Positions 56,145 to 64,000 of a DNA stretch of 64,000 nt are shown here, piece by piece. The stretch comes from an uncultured Acidobacteriaceae bacterium (GTDB lineage: Bacteria > Acidobacteriota > Terriglobia > Terriglobales > Acidobacteriaceae). Every line of letters starts with the position of its first letter. Position 1 is the first letter of the stretch. A program made the position numbers and the translations under genes. Location: positions 3,724,689-3,788,688 of the forward strand of contig OY970199.1 in NCBI GenBank assembly GCA_963708225.1. The letters run 5' to 3'. The notes beneath the pieces are model-generated. The model saw only the letters and a program-made list of their open reading frames with translations, was not told the origin of the DNA and searched no databases.

Positions 56145-57092
56145 ATGGCTATTGATCGCCCGGAAATCCTGGCAACTGCCGGAGCGCCATCGACCGGCGC
56201 TGCCCGCGTTTGGCTCGAGAGCGTCAGCTCGGGCATGCGGACGGTCGAAGCCATGATCCGCGAGCTGTCGCAGAACGATGTTCCCGTGCTGATGGTAGCC
56301 GAGCATGGTTCCGGCAAGGCAGCTGCGGCGGCACGCGTTCATGCTCTTTCCGCTCGCGCCACGGAATTGTTCCAGGTCCTGCAGGGTCGCGATGCAAGCG
56401 CAGAAGTGCTGACGAATTGTGAGACTCAGGGTGGAACCGTCTATCTCCAGGAAGTCGGAGACCTCACGCCCGACGCGCAGAAAGAACTGGTGCGACAGAT
56501 CGGTTTACATGGCAATCGCGGTGGCAACGGCGATTCTGCGCCCCGCATTCCGCGTTTCATCTGTGGTACCTCGCGCGAATTAGAGCCTGAAGTTAAGGCT
56601 GGGAAGTTTCGCGAAGACCTTTATTACGGGATCAGTGGCGTTTGTTTGCGTATGCCTCCTCTGCGCCAGCGGAAAGAAGATATTCCCGTCCTACGGGACT
56701 GGTTTCTCACGGCCGCCGCCCATGATTTTTGCCGCGCCGTTCCTGTCCTGAGCGCCGAGACCCAAAATTTCTTTCTGGAATACGGCTGGCCGGGAAACAT
56801 TCGCGAACTAAAAGATGCGGCTCGAGCCATTGTTGCCCTTGGCGACGAAAATCTCGCCATGGGCGGATTGCGCTCGCTATTGCGGCGCGTCGATCGCGGC
56901 AGCAACGGCGAAAAGATATCGCTCAAAGACGCAGCGCGTGCCGCTTCCCGCGAAGCGGAAAGAGAACTCATTCTGCAAGTGCTGACGCGAACTCGCTGGA
57001 ACCGGCGCCGGGCCGCGCAGGAATTGCAGATCAGCTATAAAGCGCTGCTCTACAAGCTGAAACAGATCGGATACGAAGAATATGGCGCCTAG
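56145..57092 (+). CDS. Fis-family transcriptional regulator with a degenerate sigma54-interaction (AAA+) domain and no receiver domain
   Basis: 'GKFREDLYYGISGVCLRMPPLRQRKEDIPVL', 'WPGNIRELKDA' and the C-terminal HTH 'RWNRRRAAQELQISYKALLYKLKQ' are bEBP-like. Walker A is 'EHGSGKAA', Walker B is 'LQEVG', and there is no GAFTGA segment. Confidence 0.8.
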   Translation: MAIDRPEILATAGAPSTGAARVWLESVSSGMRTVEAMIRELSQNDVPVLMVAEHGSGKAAAAARVHALSARATELFQVLQGRDASAEVLTNCETQGGTVYLQEVGDLTPDAQKELVRQIGLHGNRGGNGDSAPRIPRFICGTSRELEPEVKAGKFREDLYYGISGVCLRMPPLRQRKEDIPVLRDWFLTAAAHDFCRAVPVLSAETQNFFLEYGWPGNIRELKDAARAIVALGDENLAMGGLRSLLRRVDRGSNGEKISLKDAARAASREAERELILQVLTRTRWNRRRAAQELQISYKALLYKLKQIGYEEYGA

Positions 57093-57149
57093 AGCATTGA
57101 GACATTGAACGCTTGACTGATTGGAGTCTTTGAAACTGAGAGGATTGAT

Positions 57150-57761
57150 ATGAAATTAATTTGGAATTCGGCAGTTGCGGTACTTGTCTTGACCAGCGGC
57201 ATCGCGTTGGCGCAGGATGCGCCGGCCGCCAGTGCCGCATCCGATAAACCGGCGGTTGAAGCTTCCAGCGCCCCGGCGGGGACGGAATATGTCATCGGCC
57301 CTCAAGACGTTCTCCACATCGCTGTGTGGAAAGAAACCGATCTTACCGCCACGTTGCCTGTGCGGCCCGACGGCAAAATATCTCTTCCGTTACTCAATGA
57401 CGTGCAGGCTGCGGGGCTGACGCCGAGGCAGTTGGCCGATTCGGTGACCGACAAGCTGAAGAAATACATTGCCGACCCCCGAGTAACAGTGGTGGTCACT
57501 GAGATCAACAGCAAGCGTGTTTACCTGGTGGGTGAAGTGTTGCACGCCGGCGCGACGCCGATGTTACCGAATATGACCGTGCTGCAAGCACTGTCTAGCG
57601 CGGGACTCAATCAGTTTGCGAATACCAAGGGCATCTATGTGCTGCGCACCGAAAACGGCAAACAACAGAAACTTCCAGTGAACTATCGCAAACTCGTCAA
57701 GGGTGAGCAGATCGAACAAAACTACCTATTGCAGCCAGGGGACACGATAGTCGTTCCGTAA
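57150..57761 (+). CDS. Polysaccharide export protein (Wza/EpsE type; XrtA/PEP-CTERM system export protein)
   Basis: Signal peptide. Poly_export motif 'YVIGPQDVLHIAVW...PVRPDGKISLPLLNDVQAAGLTPRQL'. SLBB-like C-terminus 'LQPGDTIVVP'. Confidence 0.85.
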   Translation: MKLIWNSAVAVLVLTSGIALAQDAPAASAASDKPAVEASSAPAGTEYVIGPQDVLHIAVWKETDLTATLPVRPDGKISLPLLNDVQAAGLTPRQLADSVTDKLKKYIADPRVTVVVTEINSKRVYLVGEVLHAGATPMLPNMTVLQALSSAGLNQFANTKGIYVLRTENGKQQKLPVNYRKLVKGEQIEQNYLLQPGDTIVVP

Positions 57762-57797
57762 AAGCGATATTGAGATCCAGATAAGGGGATCTATCCA

Positions 57798-59231
57798 GTG
57801 AAAAGTATGTTAACAATCCGAACCGTCCGGTTGGCGCTACTGGTTTCCGGGATGAGTATCTTCGCTGTCGCTCACGCCAGCGCCCAGTCACAGCCGGATA
57901 CTGCTCCGGCTCCAGCCTTTGGTCAGAACGCGCCCGTGCTGAACCCGGAGAATCCGCCGGTGACCGGTTTGGACGAGCCCGGCCTTGAGTTGCATACGGC
58001 TACCCGCAGTTTCATTTCGCCCGCTCTACAACTCACCGAATCGGCGGACACAAATGGCGGCAACGAGGTCGGCTCCACGGGACTGGAATCCGTGACTCGA
58101 GTACTCGGAGCTCTCGACCTCCAGCAGTTCTGGTCCAAGAGTGATCTGTTTGTTGAGTACCTAGGTGGCGGAGCATTTTACAGCAGTCCGTTTGACGCAA
58201 AGCAGTTGCAAGCGGCCGCGTTGGAGGGCGTGAGTCGGTGGCGAACCGGACAGATCACGGTGCGCGATGCGTTCAGCTATCTGCCCGAGGGCACTTTTGC
58301 CATCGGCACTTTTGGTGGCGCACCCGGATTGGGTCTTGCCAGCGGCGGCCTTGGCACCGGCGAAGCGGGCGGTGGTTTGCCCGGCACGCACCTTTTCGGA
58401 ACCGGCCAGTTAGGTTCTGTCGGCAGCACTCCGCGGCTCGCGAACACCGCCATTCTTGACGTGGTTCAGACGCTAAATCCAGTTTCAGCCGTCACGGTGG
58501 CGGGCGGCTTCAGCAACGCGCATTTCTACGACCCGACCGAGACTTTGATCGACAGTGATCAGGTCACGGTGCAGGGCGGATACAGCCATCTACTTACCCG
58601 ACACGATCAGATCGGCGTAATCTACGGTTTTCAGCTATTTCAATTCCCGGAAGCTACGGGTGGCGAGATTTATAACCATATTGTCAATGTGCGCTGGAGC
58701 CACACCATTTCTGGACGCTTAAGCCTGATCGCCGGAGCCGGTCCACAGTACACCGACCTAGAGGAGGGCGAGACGGTCAAGCACTGGTCAGTAAGCGGAC
58801 GGGTGCAGCTCCGCTACAAGTTCTCTCATTCGTCGTTGGTTGCGACCTACGAAAAGTTCACTTCCGCGGGATCGGGATTCTTTGGCGGTGCCGATACACA
58901 GGCTGCGCGCCTCGGATTCAAACGTCCCGTGGGACGTACGTGGGATTTCTATGGCGATCTGGGCTACTCGCATAACAAAAGGCTCCAGAGTCTGGAGTCT
59001 GAAGGCGGTTTGCCTTTGGGCGTGCCCACGGACTCCTATGACGAAGGGTCGGCAGGATTCGTCATGCGTAAGCATCTTGGCCGCTCCTACGACTTTTTCG
59101 CGGCGTACCGTTTTAGCGAAGTCGGCTTCGATACCACGGTGTGCATCAGTGGCAGCTGCGGCAGGATCAATCAACGTCACGTCGGCACGATTGGGGTGGA
59201 GTGGCATCCCTCGCCGACTCGTATTGAATAA
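57798..59231 (+). CDS. Putative outer-membrane beta-barrel protein of the EPS locus
   Basis: Signal peptide 'LALLVSGMSIFAVAHASAQ'. Alternating amphipathic strands are present, for example 'VTVQGGYSHLL', 'IGVIYGFQLF', 'VQLRYKF' and 'FFAAYRF'. The position matches the uncharacterised beta-barrel gene common in PEP-CTERM loci. Confidence 0.6.
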   Translation: MKSMLTIRTVRLALLVSGMSIFAVAHASAQSQPDTAPAPAFGQNAPVLNPENPPVTGLDEPGLELHTATRSFISPALQLTESADTNGGNEVGSTGLESVTRVLGALDLQQFWSKSDLFVEYLGGGAFYSSPFDAKQLQAAALEGVSRWRTGQITVRDAFSYLPEGTFAIGTFGGAPGLGLASGGLGTGEAGGGLPGTHLFGTGQLGSVGSTPRLANTAILDVVQTLNPVSAVTVAGGFSNAHFYDPTETLIDSDQVTVQGGYSHLLTRHDQIGVIYGFQLFQFPEATGGEIYNHIVNVRWSHTISGRLSLIAGAGPQYTDLEEGETVKHWSVSGRVQLRYKFSHSSLVATYEKFTSAGSGFFGGADTQAARLGFKRPVGRTWDFYGDLGYSHNKRLQSLESEGGLPLGVPTDSYDEGSAGFVMRKHLGRSYDFFAAYRFSEVGFDTTVCISGSCGRINQRHVGTIGVEWHPSPTRIE

Positions 59232-59270
59232 TTTCTAGGCCGCCTTGAACGGCCGGATGGGTGAATAGTT

Positions 59271-60863
59271 ATGAGTGAAAATCGCGAACTGACGATGGAC
59301 GATTATCTGGCGATGCTGTTGCGGCGCCTTAAGGTCATTTTGATCCCGGCGCTGCTCGCCCCGATAGCGGGCTTCATGGTCTCCTATGTTTTTCCGCCGA
59401 AATATACCTCGCAGTCCACGGTTTTGGTGGAAGGCCAGAAAGTGCCGGCCAATTACGTTGCGCCCGTCATCACTTCCGACTTCACCCAGCGCGTCCAGAC
59501 GTTGAGCCAGGAAGTCACGAGCACCACGCATCTGCGGCGCTTGATTCTTCCCCTCGCACTCGTCAAGCCTGAGGAAACAGACAAGCTGATCTCGGACATT
59601 CAGCAAAATGTGACCGTGGAGCCGGTCATCACATCCATGAGCCAGGCCGCGTCCGGAGCCGGACTGTCTGGCGCGATCAAAAAGAAGCCAGGGGTCACCG
59701 ACGAACCCGTGCCCGGCTTCTACCTGAATTACACCGACAGCAATGCCAGCCGCGCTCAAAAAATCTGTAGCGTTCTGACCCAGGAAATCGTGAACCAGAA
59801 CCTCAAATCTCGTTCCGAGGTTGCTACCAGTACGACGACTTTTCTCGGCAGCCAACTCGATGATGCCAAGCGCGCCCTTGATGAACAGGATAAAAAGCTT
59901 GCCGACTTCAAGAAGCAATATCTCGGCCAGTTGCCCACCGATGCCGACAACAACATGCGCATGTTGATGTCCCTGAACTCGCAACTCGATGCGACGACCC
60001 AGACGTTAGGTCGCGCTCAGCAGGATAAGGCCTACACCGAGAGCATGCTGGCGCAGCAGATCGCCGCCTGGAAGAGTACGCAGTCGAGTACCAATCCTCA
60101 GACTCTCGAACAGCAATTGACTCTGTTGCAGGGGCAACTGCTGCAGCTGCAGGCTCGCTACACCGACGACTATCCCGACGTGATCAAGACCAAGGCCGAT
60201 ATTGCTGAGGTAACGAAGAAACTGAAAGAAATCAATGCGGCCTCCGCATCCGCCAGCGCCGCCGATAGTAGCGAAAAGGCAAATGCCGCCGAACCGCCTG
60301 AAATCCGGCAACTCCGTCTACAAATTCACCAGTACCAGGGCGTGATCGAACAGGCCACTCTCGATCAGAAAAGACTCCAGAGCCAGATTGGCGTTTACCA
60401 GACCCGCACGTCCTTAAGCCCGGCGGTCGAGGAGCAATACAAATTGCTCACCCGTGACAACGATAACGCGCAAGCGGTTTACAAGGATCTGCTGGCCAAG
60501 AAAAGTGCGTCCGACCTGGGCACCAATATGGAAAGCTCGCAGCAAGGTGAACAGATGCACATCCTGAATCCTGGGGGCCTGCCCGAGTCTCCGAGCTTTC
60601 CCAACCGTCCGATATTCGCGGCTGGAGGCCTTGGCGCCGGACTGGCGATCGGTATGGTGATCGCTATCTTTCTGGAGTTTAGCGACAAATCCATCCGCAC
60701 TGAAAAAGATGCTGCCGCCATTATGGATCTGCCTCTGTTGATTTCCGTGCCCTGGCTCGGTGAGGAAGAGGAAGATGCTGCCACCAATGGCCACAGGCAC
60801 CGCAATTTCTGGGGGCGGGGTGATTCTGAAGCGGCAACCGATCACAAGAACGTCAGAGTTTAG
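59271..60863 (+). CDS. Polysaccharide chain-length determinant (Wzz/GumC; EpsF-type)
   Basis: N-terminal Wzz motif 'LLRRLKVILIPALLAPIAGFMVSYVFPPKYTSQSTVLVE', a long coiled-coil middle region and a C-terminal TM 'IFAAGGLGAGLAIGMVIAIFLEF'. Confidence 0.85.
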   Translation: MSENRELTMDDYLAMLLRRLKVILIPALLAPIAGFMVSYVFPPKYTSQSTVLVEGQKVPANYVAPVITSDFTQRVQTLSQEVTSTTHLRRLILPLALVKPEETDKLISDIQQNVTVEPVITSMSQAASGAGLSGAIKKKPGVTDEPVPGFYLNYTDSNASRAQKICSVLTQEIVNQNLKSRSEVATSTTTFLGSQLDDAKRALDEQDKKLADFKKQYLGQLPTDADNNMRMLMSLNSQLDATTQTLGRAQQDKAYTESMLAQQIAAWKSTQSSTNPQTLEQQLTLLQGQLLQLQARYTDDYPDVIKTKADIAEVTKKLKEINAASASASAADSSEKANAAEPPEIRQLRLQIHQYQGVIEQATLDQKRLQSQIGVYQTRTSLSPAVEEQYKLLTRDNDNAQAVYKDLLAKKSASDLGTNMESSQQGEQMHILNPGGLPESPSFPNRPIFAAGGLGAGLAIGMVIAIFLEFSDKSIRTEKDAAAIMDLPLLISVPWLGEEEEDAATNGHRHRNFWGRGDSEAATDHKNVRV

Positions 60864-60924
60864 GGTGTAGAAGATTTGGAAGTAGAGCAACCAGGTTTCG
60901 TGCAGGAAAGTTTAGCGTCAGCTT

Positions 60925-61884
60925 ATGTACAAAGAATTTTTTGGACTTCGCGCCAATCCGTTCAACGTCAATCCGGACCCGCGTTACCTGTTTCTCACGC
61001 GGCACACCGAAGAAGCGCTGGCCTGCCTGACCTATGGCATACAAAGCCGCAAGGGCTTCGTGCTGCTTACGGGCGAGGTTGGGACCGGCAAAACAACGCT
61101 GATCAATAAATTGATGGAGTGGCTGCGTCTGCAGCAGGTCGCCACAGCCTTCATTTTCAACTCGCGCATGGATGTTCCCCAGTTGCTCGATTTCATGATG
61201 GCGGATTTTGGTATTCCCTGCGATGCCAAGTCCAAGAGCCAGCTTCTGCAACAGCTCTACAACTGGCTGCTTGATCGCTATCGCGCCGGTGAAACCGCGG
61301 TCCTCGTCGTCGACGAGGCGCAAAGTCTTTCCGACGAAGTGCTCGAAGAGATTCGCATGCTGACCAATCTCGAGACTTTTACCGAGAAGTTGCTGCAGAT
61401 CGTGCTGGTCGGGCAACCGGAACTGGAACAGCGACTGAAGCAGCCCCAGTTGCGCCAGTTGCGGCAGCGCCTGACGCTACGCGCGAAAACGCATCCTTTT
61501 AATATTGAAGAAACCAAGTCCTATATCAATCAGCGCCTCCGCATCGCTGGGTCGAATGGCGAGCCGATTTTTCTGCCCGACGCTACCGTCGCTATTTTTC
61601 GTTATTCGCAGGGCATTCCGCGCGTTATTAACCTGCTCTGCGAGCATTGCCTGGTGAGTGCTTTCGTCGATCAGAGAAGGACGGTTTCTACCGACATCGT
61701 CGATTCGGTGGCGCGTGATTTCGATTTGGCCGATGGCAATGCCGCTGCCAGCATGATTGCACCGGCTCCGCCTTCATCTGAAAAGTTTGATTTGGTCGAA
61801 GCTTTACGCACGCTGGCGACGCTGGCCGACCGGTTGCGCCAATCTGAACAACAACAAGATCTCCCCAAGGAGAGGAAACTATGA
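60925..61884 (+). CDS. ExeA-like AAA ATPase (XrtA/PEP-CTERM system-associated ATPase, TIGR03015-type)
   Basis: 'FFGLRANPFNVNPDPRYLFLTRHTEEAL', Walker A 'GEVGTGKTT' and Walker B 'VLVVDEAQ'. Confidence 0.85.
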   Translation: MYKEFFGLRANPFNVNPDPRYLFLTRHTEEALACLTYGIQSRKGFVLLTGEVGTGKTTLINKLMEWLRLQQVATAFIFNSRMDVPQLLDFMMADFGIPCDAKSKSQLLQQLYNWLLDRYRAGETAVLVVDEAQSLSDEVLEEIRMLTNLETFTEKLLQIVLVGQPELEQRLKQPQLRQLRQRLTLRAKTHPFNIEETKSYINQRLRIAGSNGEPIFLPDATVAIFRYSQGIPRVINLLCEHCLVSAFVDQRRTVSTDIVDSVARDFDLADGNAAASMIAPAPPSSEKFDLVEALRTLATLADRLRQSEQQQDLPKERKL

Positions 61885-62798
61885 GCCGTATCCATGACGC
61901 TTTAAAACGCGCCGAGCAGGAAAGAGCAACTTCCATGGGGACGCACGTCGAGCCCGTTTTCGACCAACCCGAGGCGCCGCAGATCGAGATGCCTTCGATG
62001 CCGATGCCATCGTTCGGGGGTTCCTCCACAGCCACCGGGCCTGCTGGGAACATGTCCTCGGGGTTGAGTTACGAATCCCTGCTTGCCCGCTGCCCTCAGA
62101 CTGAATGGAGCCCGGATCCTCGCACCATGCTCTTTTTTCAGGACGACGATACCCGCGTTGGCGCGGAAGAATTCCGCACTCTGCGTTCCCGTCTTTACCA
62201 GATTCGCGAGAAGATGCCGCTGAAGCGTTTGCTCGTAACCAGCGCGTTGCCAAAAGAAGGGAAGTCTTTCGTGGCAGCCAATCTGGCCCAGGTTATGGTC
62301 CGGCAGCACGGCCGCCGTGTCCTCGTGATCGACGCCGACCTGCGCAACCCCGGCATGCACCGCCACCTCGGAGCGCCACAGTCCCCCGGATTGGGCGACT
62401 ACCTGTTAGGCGAATGCGACGAACTCGCCGCCCTGCAACGTGGGTCCATGCAAAACCTTTTCTTCATGCCGGCGGGCAAGATTTCCGGCAGCGCTCCTGA
62501 GTTGCTCTCGAACGGACGGCTTAAAGTCCTTTTGCAGCGCGTCGAGCCCTGGTTTGACTGGATCATCATCGATTCATCGCCCGTCATTCCGGTATCGGAT
62601 GCCACGCTCGTCGCCAGCTTTTGCGACGGCATTCTCATGGTCGTGCGCTCGAATTCAACGCCTTCCGATTTGGCTCGAAGGGCTCGTGCGGAATTTCCCG
62701 ACAAACTGCTGCTTGGAGTTGTGCTGAACGGAGCCCCATCCGGAAAGCTGGCGCAGTCGAAGTACTACTACGGCGAGGCTGTGAACAGCCAAACCTAA
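61881..62798 (+). CDS. Cytoplasmic BY-kinase-like P-loop protein (EpsG/CpsD type)
   Basis: The ATGA overlap with the upstream gene and an AGGAGAGG SD are present. Walker A 'SALPKEGKSF', A' 'VLVIDADLRNP', B 'DWIIIDSSP' and a C-terminal Tyr cluster 'KYYYG'. Confidence 0.85.
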   Translation: MSRIHDALKRAEQERATSMGTHVEPVFDQPEAPQIEMPSMPMPSFGGSSTATGPAGNMSSGLSYESLLARCPQTEWSPDPRTMLFFQDDDTRVGAEEFRTLRSRLYQIREKMPLKRLLVTSALPKEGKSFVAANLAQVMVRQHGRRVLVIDADLRNPGMHRHLGAPQSPGLGDYLLGECDELAALQRGSMQNLFFMPAGKISGSAPELLSNGRLKVLLQRVEPWFDWIIIDSSPVIPVSDATLVASFCDGILMVVRSNSTPSDLARRARAEFPDKLLLGVVLNGAPSGKLAQSKYYYGEAVNSQT

Positions 62799-62846
62799 GA
62801 TCTGTGGGTCCTCAAGATCTACAGATGAAGACGAACCGAGGCTCCG

Positions 62847-64000
62847 TTGATCCGGCTCTTCAATGTCTATTACCCAGTTCGTACGCTGGTCCTGCTGATC
62901 GGCGAGGCCCTGATCATCTGGACCTCGTTCCTGCTCGGGGCCATGTATGAATTTCAGGAAGATAGTTACCTGGCGTTGAATGTCGATCACGGCTATTACA
63001 AGATCCTGGGGTTGACGATACTGGTGTTGCTTTGTTCGCACGGGCTCGATTTATACGACACAGCCCGCCTCAATACCAAAGGCGAGTTGTATTTCCGCTT
63101 GCTCATGCTTTTGGGGGTGATGGCCTTCATTCTGGCCGGGGTTGCTTATGTAAAGCCCGACTACTTGCTGGGCAGCGGATCATCCACGGTTGGATTGCTC
63201 ATTCTTACCGTTGCTTTATTCGGCTGGCGGATTGGTTTTACATGGCTGGTGCAGTTACCCATTCTAGTTGAGCGCGTATATGTCCTCGGGACCGGGGACC
63301 GCGCGCAGCGGGTGGTGCAGGGACTGCGCCAGAATCCTGAACTCGGCGTCGAAATCGCCAGTTGGACCGGCAAGATGGAAGGCGCAATCGACCGCGAATC
63401 CACTGCGGCGCATTTGATGGAGGTTGTCCAAAAACAAAAAGTCCATCGCGTCATCGTTGCTGTATCCGATCGCCGGGGCACCATCCCCATGCAGGAACTG
63501 CTTGATCTGCGCATGAAGGGAGTCAAGATCGAAGAGGCCACTTCGTGGCTGGAAAAAATCTCTGGCAAAATTGAAGTCGAGAATCTTTATCCCAGTTGGC
63601 TGGTATTCGGCCAGGGCTTTCACCGCAGCAGCACTTTCATTCTGATTCGGCGCGTCATCTCGGTTGTCATCTCTCTGGTGGGTCTCGTCCTCGCGTTGCC
63701 TCTGCTTCCGCTGATCGTGATTGCCATCCGGCTCGATTCCAAGGGGCCTGTGTTCTACACCCAGACGCGAGTAGGTAAAGGGGGACATCTGTTCAAGGTC
63801 GTGAAGTTCCGTACCATGCGAACGGATGCCGAAGCTGGCGGTCCACAATGGGCGGGGAGCGATGATCCTCGCGTTACCCGTGTCGGTAAGTTTCTCCGGT
63901 CGTCGCGACTGGATGAGATTCCTCAATTGTGGTGCGTGCTGAAAGGCGAGATGTCTTTTGTCGGCCCGCGGCCCGAGCGCCCGGAGTTTATTGCGCTGCT
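62847..64000 (+). CDS. Polyprenyl-phosphate sugar phosphotransferase (EpsB / TIGR03013-type priming transferase); the 3' end lies outside the window
   Basis: Not in the ORF track because there is no stop in the window. TTG 62847 gives 'MIRLFNVYYPVRTLVLLIGEAL...', the typical N-terminus of this family. The Bac_transf motif 'DSKGPVFYTQTRVGKGGHLFKVVKFRTM...DPRVTRVGKFLRSSRLDEIPQLWCVLKGEMSFVGPRP' is read directly from 63730-63980. Confidence 0.85.
   Translation, partial: MIRLFNVYYPVRTLVLLIGEALIIWTSFLLGAMYEFQEDSYLALNVDHGYYKILGLTILVLLCSHGLDLYDTARLNTKGELYFRLLMLLGVMAFILAGVAYVKPDYLLGSGSSTVGLLILTVALFGWRIGFTWLVQLPILVERVYVLGTGDRAQRVVQGLRQNPELGVEIASWTGKMEGAIDRESTAAHLMEVVQKQKVHRVIVAVSDRRGTIPMQELLDLRMKGVKIEEATSWLEKISGKIEVENLYPSWLVFGQGFHRSSTFILIRRVISVVISLVGLVLALPLLPLIVIAIRLDSKGPVFYTQTRVGKGGHLFKVVKFRTMRTDAEAGGPQWAGSDDPRVTRVGKFLRSSRLDEIPQLWCVLKGEMSFVGPRPERPEFIAL

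Noticed and set aside
59235-59984. 249-aa minus-strand ORF overlapping the Wzz/EpsF gene
   Set aside because: It is antisense to a CDS with a Wzz motif and a coiled-coil region. The same reasoning applies to the antisense ORFs at 51335-51997, 63264-63926, 13574-14311 and 7925-8494.
62621-62950. 109-aa track ORF containing 'MKTNRGSVDP...' at the start of the last gene
   Set aside because: It is in the wrong frame. The neighbouring frame, starting at TTG 62847, reads through to the window end and encodes an unmistakable Bac_transf priming transferase.
1-64000. Scan for CRISPR arrays, transposases, integrases, phage genes and toxin-antitoxin pairs
   Set aside because: I saw no direct-repeat/spacer periodicity and no ORF with transposase, integrase or defence-system motifs. 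The only repeat periodicities are intragenic protein repeats.

Overview
GC-rich bacterial chromosomal window, densely coding, with about 43 supportable genes. I recognised no rRNA, tRNA, CRISPR array, transposase or integrase. The domain repertoire suggests Acidobacteriota (inference only): GloVer repeats, CarboxypepD_reg modules, a Ser/Thr kinase fused to a TolB-like propeller, choice-of-anchor-type repeat proteins and an XrtA/PEP-CTERM locus.

Layout:
- 1-9.5 kb: a co-directional block of flavoenzyme (partial), ATP-grasp ligase, LamG/VanZ membrane protein, SAM methyltransferase and a paralogous flavoenzyme, followed by metY-metA and an acyl-CoA synthetase.
- 9.5-16.8 kb, minus strand: a ThDP enzyme, a 1355-aa secreted multi-repeat protein with a clean rho-independent terminator, and a GloVer-repeat protein.
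- 17-28.8 kb: a compact orphan NRPS operon. It encodes a lipoprotein with CxxCH plus terpene-cyclase-like repeats, an ALDH, a free carrier protein, C-A(Gly)-T-TE, a class-IV aminotransferase and T-TE. A GT2 and a divergent Sfp-type PPTase sit alongside.
- 29-37 kb: an FG-GAP/IPT/Big protein, a membrane protein, a Ser/Thr kinase, two DGPF (YciI-like) genes and an ECF42-like sigma factor. Each DGPF gene is preceded by the same bipartite promoter-like motif.
- 37-45.5 kb: wecB, an ABC-2 exporter, and a 1784-aa thioester alpha-2-macroglobulin whose bait region is replaced by foreign domains.
- 46-50 kb: an FN3 lipoprotein convergent with an 8-repeat Ig-like surface protein.
- 50-64 kb: an XrtA/PEP-CTERM exopolysaccharide locus with a degenerate bEBP-type regulator.

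The best candidates for undescribed biology are the minimal NRPS operon (three carrier domains, one Gly-type A domain, and a Cys-nucleophile TE next to a Ser TE), the chimeric-bait macroglobulin coupled to an ABC exporter, and the flavoenzyme/ATP-grasp/LamG-VanZ/methyltransferase cassette. All functional calls come from motif reading by eye. No database search was run.
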